Assembly: GCA_030390025.1 (NCBI GenBank) | Contig: CM059432.1 | Coordinates: forward strand, 119,848,001 to 119,912,000 | Direction: 5' to 3' | Origin: Squalus acanthias | Taxonomy: Eukaryota | DNA length: 64,000 nt | Translations under genes and position numbers: made by a program | The notes under the pieces: model-generated | Told to the model about the DNA's origin: nothing | The model's input: only the letters and a program-made list of their open reading frames with translations | The model's database searches: none | Shown here: one piece after another, positions 26,326 to 36,451 of the stretch | Layout: each line of letters begins with the position of its first letter | Position numbering within the stretch: position 1 is the stretch's first letter

Positions 26326-27827
26326 GAATGTTAGGTCAAGATGTAAAAGAAAGGAGGTGGTTTGGCCAGTCATCTCGCCTATGAGGACAGAGCTGCAGTC
26401 AAAAGAGGGGTGTGACTTGGTCGGTCGGCCAAAAGAACTTACAATCAACACGAACTGACCATCAGTGGGTGATCATATGTATCTCTTATCTGCAACATAT
26501 GTTAGTGGTGACGGGCATTGTATTGCAACAAGTTTAGTTTTGACATTGTATTGTACCCTTTGATCTCTGACATCTCAATAAAGTTGAGTTAAGTTGGAAT
26601 CCGCGTTTGTATCAATTACTCACTTATAATTCTCGGGTCAGAAACTTAAACCCGAAAGGAAATGTCTTACAGTTTCATACTAGCTTTTAAGCACTCTTTA
26701 TATCTCTTTTGTTGACCACCACAAAATTGCTTCCCAGTTGCCAATCTGTTGGTAGTGAGAGACTAGAAATAAATTATCATCGTCAACGCTCCAGGATTGC
26801 ATTATCAAGAAATCGACTGTGTATCTGATATACGGGCCAACAAGTGTTTATGATTATGACCCAGGATGGAGTTTTGTTCTCATTCATATGTTAGCACCCA
26901 TTTTCATTAAGTTATAAATAAATCTTGGACATTGAGTCCTTTCTGTAAAACCACAGCTCTTCACGTAGGAACATTTAGTACATCAAGCCAGTTCGGTAAT
27001 TTTGTCAGCCATGGCTATTGTTACCTTTTTAATCCCAATTCCCTTTCCTATTTCCATATTCCTTATAACCATTATTTCCCACATACATATACACCTCAAT
27101 TAATTTTGTATCTAAGACCTTCAATTGCAGTGCATTCCATGCTCTCACAAAGCTTTATGCGATTTATATGTTTTGGATTCACTTTTAACTGGCAGAGAAT
27201 TGAATTCCCGAAGTGTGCTCCCAATTGGTGAAGCCCCTTGCCGGATGTGATTTTGTAAAATTACCCCTTATATCCCCTTGTTCTGGATTCCTTATCTACC
27301 CTATTCCTTCCTTCATTATTTTGATCACCTGAACCAACTTGTGCTTCAGTTGGGCTTCTTCTCCATGATCAGCATCTATTGTATGCAAATGGTGGCAAGG
27401 AGGCAGGGCCTGGGACCTGGTGGATTCCTCTCCTGTCTGCCCCAGATATGTCCACTTCCAGGTCCGCCATGAGGAAGGTGACAGTAGGCCCCAGGAAGTG
27501 GCAGTAATGACTTCCTCCCATGAAGGGAAAAGGTCTTGTAGTAATTTTCTCTCCCCCCAATCTTGACCCCGCTAATTTTCATATGTAAGCCTTGGACTGA
27601 TCCATCACAATTTGTCAGGACTCTATTAAGTTATTTAGATATGAGCTACCTTTTACAAAAACAGGCCTAATCTCCCTAATCCCCATTTATTTTCCCAAAT
27701 GCCCAATAACTCTGGCCTAAATAACAGATTACCTTCCAATCCTTTGATTCCAGTCCAAAATACATCAACGTTTGGAAGATTATAACTCGTGCCCAAAATT
27801 TCCTTATATGTGTTTTTTTTACATACA

Positions 27828-28850
27828 TTCCGTACCTAAGGAAGGATATACTTGCCATAGAAGGACTGCAACAAAGGTTCACCAGACTGGTTCCTGGGAT
27901 GGGGGGATTGTCCTATGAGGAGAGATTGAGTAGACTAGGCCTATATTCTCTAGAGTTTAGAAGAATGAGAGGTGACCCCATTGAAACATATAAAATTCTT
28001 AAAGGGCTTGACAGGGTAGATGCTGGGAGGATGTTTCCCCTGGCTGAGGAGTCTAGAAAATTGAGAGGTCGCACAACACCAGGTTATAGTCCAACAGTTT
28101 TATTTGAAATCACAAGCTTTCGGAGCTTACTACTCCTTCGTCGGGTGAAGTAAAAAGATACAGAATCGCCAAAGCATATATAGATAGAGAACAATGCATG
28201 TGTACCTTACAATTGCAGACAACTAAATTAAATCATCCTGACTATCTGCCGAGGTGTGATAAAGTTAATCAGGTGACCTGATTAACTTTATCACACCTCG
28301 GCAGATAGTCAGGATGATTTAATTTAGTTGTCTGCAATTGTAAGGTACACATGCATTGTTATCTATCTATCTATGCTTTGGCGATTCTGTATCTTTTTAC
28401 TTCACCAGACGAAGGAGTAGTAAGCTCCGAAAGCTTGTGATTTCAAATAAAACTGTTGGACTATAACCTGGTGCTGTGCGACCTCTCAATTTTGTCCACC
28501 CCAGTCCAACACCGGCATCTCCGCATCATGAGGAGTCTAGAACCAGGGGTCACAGTCTCAGAATAAGGGGTCGGCCATTTAGGACTGAGGTGAGCAGAAG
28601 TTTCTCCACTCAGAGAGTGGTAAATCTTTGGAATTCTCTACCCCAGAGGGCTGCGGATGCTCAGTCATTGAGTATATTCAAGACAGAGATCGATAGATTT
28701 TTGGATACTAAGGGAATCAAGGGATATAGGGATAGTGCGGGAAGGTGGAGTTGAGGTAAAAGATCAGCCATGATCTTATTAAATGGCGGAACAGGCTCGA
28801 AGGGCCGACTGGGCAACTCCTGCTCCTATTCCTTATATTCTTATGTTCTT
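27828..28850 (+). mobile_element. CR1 3' fragment interrupted by the Penelope-like palindrome
   Basis: GLSYEERLSRLGLYSLEFRRMRGD..FPLAEESR | TRGHSLRIRG rejoins once 28057-28540 is removed; tail ttcttatgttctta. Confidence 0.92.
28057..28529. mobile_element. Penelope-like element fold-back insertion: 218-bp inverted repeats, 36-nt tail, TSD
   Basis: Arms 28057-28274 and 28276-28493 (1-nt loop, 4 mismatches by eye). Tail gtccaccccagtccaacaccggcatctccgcatcat at 28494-28529. TSD gaggagtctag at 28046-28056 and 28530-28540. Each arm has a hammerhead-like motif. Confidence 0.85.
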
Positions 28851-29769
28851 ATTAAAGGCACAGAGACATTTAGGACACACACACAGGTATGGACAATAAT
28901 GCACATTACAATTAAGTTAGCTGTGTTATGGCATTTTGGGCCTTTTTTGTCAGCATATTAGTACCAGGCATGCCTTTAACCTGAATCCCACTCCTCCTGC
29001 ATCCAGCGACTAAAACTCTAGACTCGTCTTGTCCCTCCTCTCAGTGCACTTCCAGCACTAATGGCTGGTTTTACCAACTATGTATACATTGGGTTGGGGT
29101 GTGGGGTAGTGAATGGGGAAAGGAGGGTGGTCAATGGATGGTTTATTATATATTTTTAGATGATTAAAGGAACAAATAGGATGATTTAAATTATATGTAT
29201 TTTGTGTAGAGAGGGGAAGAACACATAGGCCTGTTTTAAAAATGGTGCTGTGTGTAAACTGGTGAGGAAATCTGTTTGTTTTCAGAAATTGTCTTCAAAC
29301 TACATTATCATTGCCTATAACTGATCTTCACACTGATAAGTAAATAATGAAAGAGGAGAAAAATTACTTAATCTTATTAACTACTAGCTGATGGCTGCAG
29401 GACACTTGTTGATTTTAAAAATTGAAATAATGGTTTTCTCAACATAGAAACAATTAGAAGATTAACATTTAGTCAGACTCACCTTTAATTTACAAAGGAA
29501 AGTCAAACTTTCTGAGTCTTACTGTCTTCTGTCACTTCTAACTTAACACCGTCAACTGTGAGTGACAATACTGTACTGAAGTTGACAGAAGCTGTTGAAG
29601 AACTGTCAGTATTGCTCAATACAACACTTTTAGTCATCACTCACAGGCTTCATTCAACCTCCACTGCCTGTTTACACTTGACCTCTGCAAGCGGTCTTCA
29701 CCTGATCACTGCTACTATTGTACAGCTCCCCCATGCCATTCTAGTCCTTAGTTTTCTTCTGCTATGTCA

Positions 29770-30043
29770 GCCCTCAACCCTCAGCTGTACCATGCAATGT
29801 CAACCCTCAGCTGTTCCATGCCATGGCAACCCTCAGCTGTTCCTTGCCATGGCAACCCTCAGCTGTTCCATGCCATGGCAACCCTCAGCTGTTCCTTGCC
29901 ATGGCAACCCTCAGCTGTTCCTTGCCATGGCAACCCTCAGCTGTTCCTTGCCATGGCAACCCTCAGCTGTTCCACGCCATGGCAACCCTCAGCTGTTCCT
30001 TGCCATGGCAACCCTCAGCTGTTCCATGCCATGGCAACCCTCA
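29770..30043. repeat. 26-bp minisatellite, about 10.5 copies, unit CCATGGCAACCCTCAGCTGTTCCWTG
   Basis: Units start at 29821, 29847, 29873 ... 30029, with two degenerate units upstream. Confidence 0.97.
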
Positions 30044-30864
30044 AGTGCCAGCCCACATACAGAAATCAATGAAGTTACAGCTGACATGTCGACTTTGTCT
30101 TAATGTACTTCTGCGCACAGAAATCATTCATGCCATTCATCAATTCCAGAAACACTAACACTTTACACAACCTAACTACTCTCCATATTAGGAATTACTG
30201 ACTTCTGTATGAACTGAAAATGGAATAGTTAGTCATTCTTAAATGGAATGGATGTCATAAAGTGCTAACTTCAGAAACATGAATCATATATCACAGGTCA
30301 TCTCCGTTCTACTTTATCATGGATTTGACACAACTATTTTTCCATGTCAGCTGTGGTTCAGTGAGTAGCACTCTCTAGGTGGCAGGGGCTAGGAGTGAGC
30401 AGGTGCTGCTGGGTGCTTACTCACTGCAGGGAGTTGGAGTGAGTTTGTAAAAAGCTGTTGGTGGTTTTTTTTTCAGGTTTAAGGGCCTTTTTGGTCCTTA
30501 AGCAGCAGCCAGATGGCTGCTGAGGGGCCCGGAGTGCCGGGTCCCTCAGAGGACAATGTTCACAAGAACAATTTAATCAGGGGAGATAATGTTGGGGGAA
30601 GGGAGAAATATAGGCCCAAAGTTTTGGGCTGGGACCCCAGGAGGTTTGGGAAAGAAAACACAGTGGTGGTTCAGTGCGAGGATAAGGAGATACAAGCTTG
30701 GGATATTATGAGGACTGCGGCAAGGGAAGCTGCTTTGCCTGCCGACCAAAGCTGAATGTTGGGTTTGAGATGATGGTCAGTGGCCGAGAGGAGGTGGAAA
30801 GGCTTTTACTGAGTTTGAAGTTTGGAGATAAGTTCTTGGAGATATCTCTGCTATATTCCAAAGA

Positions 30865-30956
30865 TGAGAAGTCGCACAACACCAGGTTATAGACCTGGTG
30901 TTGTGCGAGTTCTCATTTTTGTCCACCCCAGTCCAACGCCGGCATCTCCACATCAT
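30865..30956. mobile_element. 92-bp mini Penelope-like fold-back (23-bp arms plus the same 36-nt tail)
   Basis: tgagaagtcgcacaacaccaggt-tatag-acctggtgttgtgcgagttctca, tail at 30921-30956. TSD attccaaaga at 30855-30864 and 30957-30966. Removal restores the host frame EISLLYSKEVVVSLLNLP. Confidence 0.85.
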
Positions 30957-31385
30957 ATTCCAAAGAGGTGGTGGTCTCACTCTTAAACCTGCCAGTTTAT
31001 ATTGAGGATGATGTGCTAATAAAAAAGTCGGAGTTGTGGGACATTAAAATTTGTTTGGCAATAAAGAGGAGATACTATCCAGGAAAGCAGGTAGCAGATG
31101 GAACCCGTTATGTAAAGGTGCGGTTCCCAGAGGGGCTGAAGTCATTCCCGTATAGCATGAAATTCAAGACAATGGAAGGAGTGCAGTAATTCCGGGTACT
31201 GCATGATAACCAGGTAAAGGTTTCTTATTATTGTCTTGAACACGACTATCTTGTAATAAGCTGTCTAGACTTGTACTGTTATAACTGTGGCAAGTCTAGA
31301 CACATCACTCAGAGCTGCAAGGCAGAGAGCTGTGGGGTTTGTCACAAAGGCCCCAGAGAGTGTGAGGCAGAAGGAAGCCCATTTG

Positions 31386-32527
31386 TGAAGGAATAAGCCA
31401 TATAACCTATTCAGAAAAATACACCATTCTATGAAAGAATTCTGGCCTTATTAAAACATGACAAATTGGGTTTGGAAATCTAGAAACCTAACTATGAAAA
31501 AGCTGTGAAAGAATTCTAGCTATAGAGATAAGATAGTTGTTGACACTGAATCAATAACCTTATTGAAACAGAAGGTTAAAGGCTCCGGTAGGCTGAACCT
31601 TTTGGAATGAAACAATGGTTCACCCTGGACAAGGTGTTCGAATTTACACTTTGTAAAGAAGCACATAAAAGTAAGAAGCATCTGCCTTCGTAAAAATGAC
31701 ATCAAGTAAAAACACACCTGCCGTAACACCATTTTTTATGGTAAACTTAGAACACCTAGAGAAGAGACATAATTCTGTAATACTACCAGCTGAGGTGACT
31801 GTAAGAATTGCAGGGGTCAGCAGAAAAATGACTAGAGATAATTAGCTTACATCAGCCGAAAACCTTAAAGGAAATACCACTGGAAAAGGGTATAAATATT
31901 GAACTCTCAAATGGGATAGTAGACTCGCTGTAATCGGGCAAAGTGATTCTCGGCTTCAGAGGCGGCTCTGTAAGTCTCCAACTCTTTGTACCTCGGGGAT
32001 CAAAGGTATTTGATTTTGGTGGATATCCTGAATAGAACTTTAAGAACTGTAAAACTGTAGCGAAGTTAAGATTTGAAAGTAAGGTTCTCTGATAATAGGA
32101 TTGTAAGCTTTCTCTTTTTGGAATTGTTAATGTTGCGATTGACTCACCAACTTTAAACTCTATGTCGGTTCTTTAATAAATCTATATATTTTTAGAATTG
32201 TCTCACATAAGATTTATGTATCAAACTCGCAAACTCAATTTCTGTACACTCTTTGGTGAGGAGTTGCAGAATTCTGGGGGAGTTTTCCAGACCCTCATAA
32301 TATCCAGAACGTTACAGTCTAGCTAAATTTATTAAAAGTGCTATCTGGAGGACGGTAACATTTTCAGGTTGTTCCTTTCCTTTAGGGAGAGATGATCCAG
32401 ACCTTTAGACCCAATTAAACAGCTTTAGGATTCGGCTACCTCAAACTTTAGTTGAAAGTGAACGTCTGAGCAATATGCCTAATCCGGGGTAGCCCTAAAG
32501 GGGCTAGGACTAGTAATTATCCCTTCA
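31386..32527 (+). mobile_element. Solo LTR (about 1.14 kb, ERV- or LTR-retrotransposon-like)
   Basis: TG...CA ends with short inverted termini TGAAGGAATAA / TTATCCCTTCA. Imperfect 4-bp TSD tttg/gttg. TATAAAT at 31891 and AATAAA at 32175. Interrupts the Tx1-like ORF1. Confidence 0.7.
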
Positions 32528-33059
32528 GTTGAGTGATGAGGAGATGGGAGAAGGAGAAGGAGCAGGAGGTGTGAGTGGAACGGCTGGAGGAGCGGAGCAG
32601 GCGGAAGACACAGCTGGTGATTGGAAGGAGAAAAGAGCGTGGAAGAGGCAGAAAATTGAGGAGCAGAGAACAGGATGGAGGTGGTGGAAAACACACCAAG
32701 TACGGTGGAAAAGGACAAAGACAGCAGCGAGCAGCACGGGTCGAGGTCAGAGTTGAACCATAATACGGCTCGGCTCCCCCTAAAGAATCTGGTTTCCGTG
32801 GGGGGAGAGGAGGCGGGAGCGGGGTGCGGGGTAAGTGTAAGTACTCCAAAGAAAGACGGGGAGTCGGATATCTCAGGAAGCAGGAGGGGGCAAGACAAGG
32901 AGAGGGTGCAAGAGGCAGGAGCCTTAAAGGGGCCAGAAGGGAGCAAGAGAGGTGCAGATGCGCCATAATCCAAGAGAGAGAAGAAACTGGGAGCAAGGGT
33001 CAGGGAGTGGCTCTGTTAGAGAAACCGTGATAGCCGGAAGACTCTCTAAGGGAGATTAT

Positions 33060-33902
33060 GGGCTAGATTTTGCCAGCCCCGAGGAGATGGGTATGGAGGC
33101 GGGACTGCTGGTAAAGTTGCAGAAAGTGGGGGCGGCTGGCAAACCCGCCCCCATCCCGCCTCCATGCCCTTATGCCAGGAGGCGAGAAGCCGTCCTGACC
33201 CGGGTTCCGTCTCCTTGAGGCGGGAAAGGGATTAAATCCTTTTAACTGCCTGTTAACAAGTAGTTAACAGGCAGAAAAAGGGATTAGTTCCATTTTACCT
33301 TTTCAAGTGCAGGCTTCCGACCTCGGAGAACCCCGCCGGGGTGGAGGAGTCGAGTAGGAGGTCTGCGGGGGTTGGAGGGGTCTGAAAGTGCAATGTAGAG
33401 GTGAGTGATGGGTGCAAGTGTGGAGTGGTAAGTATGTAAGGTGAGTGTAAAGTGTTAGAAAATGTTCACTTACTTTGTTTCTGCCTACAGCCTTCAGCCG
33501 CTGTGGATCGGGTGACCCGACATCTTCATTGTAGATTTCACAGACTGGCTGTTGGATCCTCCGAACCAACAGTCATCTGATTTCTACAGAGTAGAAAGGT
33601 TTGATGAGTCCTGAACACAAGGGCTCATCAAACTACACAGCATGTCAGTGTTTGACAGTTTCACAGAGCTGTCAAACACTGACATTTCTTCTTTCAAGAA
33701 ATTTTGACAGATGGCACGTCAGACGTTGACGTGCTCTGTCAGTGACTTCCCCCTAATTGGCCTGCTGAGCCCGCAGGGCGGGCTTAACAAGGTCAATCAG
33801 GGGAAAATACCGCTGGTTGACCAGAAGATGATGAAGGAGGGACTGAGACCCGGCAAGCAGCAGTCCCGCCTCCAACATGTCTCCATTCAGATAATCCAGC
33901 CC
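33060..33902. mobile_element. Harbinger-type MITE (843 bp)
   Basis: TIR GGGCTAGATT / AATCCAGCCC and 3-bp TSD TAT (33057-33059, 33903-33905). Removal restores the ORF1 frame SKGDY|VSDGEQ. Confidence 0.85.
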
Positions 33903-35289
33903 TATGTATCTGACGGGGAGCAGGGACAGGAGGTTCCAGAAGAACTCGAGAGTGAGGAGTCAGAGAGGGACAGAGCCATGGAAGTGGGGGGATGGGGTGG
34001 CATCGTGTGGAAAGGGAAAGGTTAGTGAGGGGCAGAAGGAGGGAGAAGGGGCAGCTCCTTGGCCCAAACCTAATGTAAGGAAGAGGCTGAAACTGCAGGG
34101 AAGGTTCAAAAAGGAGGTGAAAAAGAGCTGGAGACTGCAGGAGAAAGCAACAGCTGCCCGAAAAGTTGGGAAGGAGCATGAGAGGAGGGAAAGGCCCGAG
34201 ATTAAATGATGGGAGGCATTATCAGGCACACTTCCCTTCTTCGGAGCAATGATTACTGATCAATTTTTAAAGTTCAATAGATTAGTATATATTATGGGAG
34301 ACAAATTAAACTTTAGGTTATATGTTAATATGTGGTGGAGGAATGGCTGTGCAGAGCAGCAGAATGGATTTGTATGATACAATGGAATGATCACGATGTT
34401 GTAAATGTTTTTAATGTTCAATAAATAATATATAAAAAAGAAATTGGTAGCACTCTCATCTCTGAGTCAGAAGGTTGTGGGTTCAAGTCCCGCTCCAGAG
34501 ACTTGAGCACAAAAATCTAGGCTGACACTCCAGTGCAGTACTGAGGGAGTGCTGCACTGTCAGAGGTGTCGTCTTTCAGATGAGGCATTAAACCGAGGCC
34601 CCGTCTGCTCTCTCAGGTGGAAGCAAAAAGACCCGTGGCACTATTTCGAAGAAGAGCATGGCAACCCTCAGATACTCTTTGCCATGGCAACCCTCAGCTA
34701 TTCCATGCCATGGCAACCCTGGTGACCTGGCCAATATTTATCCATCAATCAACATCACCAAAACAGATTACCTGGTCATTATCACCTTGCTGTCTGTGGG
34801 ACCTTGCTGTGTGCAAATTGGCTGCTGCATTTCCTATATTACAACAGTGCTACACGTCAAAAAGTACTTCATTGGCTGTAAAGCGTTTTGGGATGTTCCG
34901 AGGTCGTGAAAGGCGCTATATAAATGCAAGTTTTTTAAAAATGTAATCTACTGAAAGAAAGGCCCTGATTTTAACTGGAGGCCAGTTCTTGGCGGGGGAG
35001 TTTTAATTTGAGTTCAAAGTTCATCCACTCCGGAAAAAAGAGGCATAGGCTATTTCGGGAGGCTGCCCGCCAAACAGGTAAGTCCACTGGATCACCTGCC
35101 GGGCCATCCCATGGCGGGTCCCGTGATCAAGGGGTGGCACAATCGTGGAAGGGAAGGGCTAAATTTGCTTGTGGGGCCCAGAGGAGCTCCTCCTGACCCC
35201 ACAATAAAATAAAACAAACAAACTCAAAATTATGGGCCACCTCTGGGCCTGAACCTTTCCATGCTGAGTTGGCCTGGAGGGACATTGAC

Positions 35290-35580
35290 TCCCTCATGTA
35301 TGCGTCAAGTCTCCCCTTAAATTTGTCAATGCCACCTGCTTCAACCACTCCTTCACAGCACTCTCCAAGTAAAGGAATTCCTCCGAAATTCTTCCTTTGA
35401 TCTGTTGATCATTATCTTAAATTTATGCCCCCTTGTTCTGGACCCACCCACATGCGGAAACAGTTTCTGCAAATCCACCTTATCAAAGCCCTTCATAATT
35501 GTAAAGACCTCGAGCAGGTTTCCTCTTAGTCTTCTCTTTTCCAGAGAAAAGAGCCCCAGCCCACTCAGTATTTCCTGATA
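35290..35580 (-). mobile_element. Old CR1 3' fragment
   Basis: Minus strand shows degenerate LFSLEKRRLRG and RTRGHKFK-type motifs, plus VEAGGIDKFKGRLD. Confidence 0.65.
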
Positions 35581-36451
35581 GCTGCAGAGTGATTTCTGAA
35601 TCTGAAATACTCCATTTTGGATGCATTCAGATGTTTCTGAATTTGTATCTATTTTGGTTTAGACGACAAACCTGTCAAGTCGAGGTAACAATGTACGTAC
35701 AAGGTTTTGTGAACAGTGCTGTTCTGTCTGAAAGTTATGAAACTGCAGGATAGAATAAACAAAATCAAATATGAATAAAGGAGCAAAGTCCAGATTTGGA
35801 TTTTCCTCAATGTACTGTAGATGCAGAACCATAGTACAATTGACTCCATTTTCTCAGCTTTTCTCTACAGGAGACACAGTTTCCTTTCCTTTTCCAGTAA
35901 TTCCTTAATGGTTTTCTGCAATTTTTTAATGTGGTTCCCCAACATTGAAAACAAGTTAGGAAAAATATAGAGACAAATGGATCATTATGATATTTTGCTA
36001 AATGGTGAAAAATTTTAAATAGTTACACCTGGTTGAGACAGGCATCCTTCATTAAGCCACAAATGCTACTTCTGTAATGAGCTTCAGACAGTGTGGCACC
36101 GTTTAATATCATTGCAACCTGTTACTAGTCCATTAAATGGACGCCACACAAAACATCTGCTCCACTCTCTCACTTCTCTGTAACTACCATTATTTATTTA
36201 CCTTCATATATTTTGTGGTTAAAAAAAATGCAAGAATATGTCAAAACCGCTACCTCGCTGCAGGCAAGTTATCCTGTCCTGATACAATTGAGCTCTGAAG
36301 GTCATTACTGAGATAGCTGACTGAAAGATTTCTGGTTTGATATGTTTTTAAGGATCAAAGGTTGATCTAACCAGATTTCTGACAAAAGCATATCAATGTT
36401 TATATTTTTGCATTTGATTGGATGCAGATTTCAACCAACAGTTGACCAAGT

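Larger units (their letters stand above)
30376..34443 (+). mobile_element. ORF1-only Tx1/L1-like non-LTR element with A-rich tail and TSD; degenerate zinc-knuckle ORF1 from about 30513 to 34209
   Basis: ORF1 pieces ACRPK..LNLPVYIEDD..IKRRYYPG..ADGTRYVKVRFP..SFPYSMKF..FRVLHDNQVKV..CYNCGKSRHITQSC, then an acidic region and a basic C-terminus (PKPNVRKR). AATAAA plus A-rich tail at 34420-34443. TSD gtagcactctc at 30365-30375 and 34447-34457. Confidence 0.75.
30345..34935 (+). mobile_element. SacSINE1-like DeuSINE split by a 4-kb insertion (head 30345-30375, body 34444-34935)
   Basis: tgtcagctgtggttcagtgagtagcactctc, then ttggtagcactctcatctctgagtcagaagg.. continuing as in the intact copy at 19168. 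Confidence 0.85.

Noticed and set aside
28057..28493. Pure assembly fold-back artefact or miRNA precursor
   Set aside because: Arm mismatches, the one-sided tail, the TSD and the same architecture at 30865 argue for a real insertion. The stem is far longer and more perfect than a pre-miRNA.
29477..29560. Possible minus-strand host exon (AAG|GTGAGT donor near 29480)
   Set aside because: The one plausible frame I read ends in a stop before the donor and has no recognisable protein similarity; a non-coding exon cannot be judged from sequence alone.
29558..30158. Three overlapping ORFs across the 26-bp array
   Set aside because: The same peptide cycles through all three frames, an artefact of a stop-free repeat.
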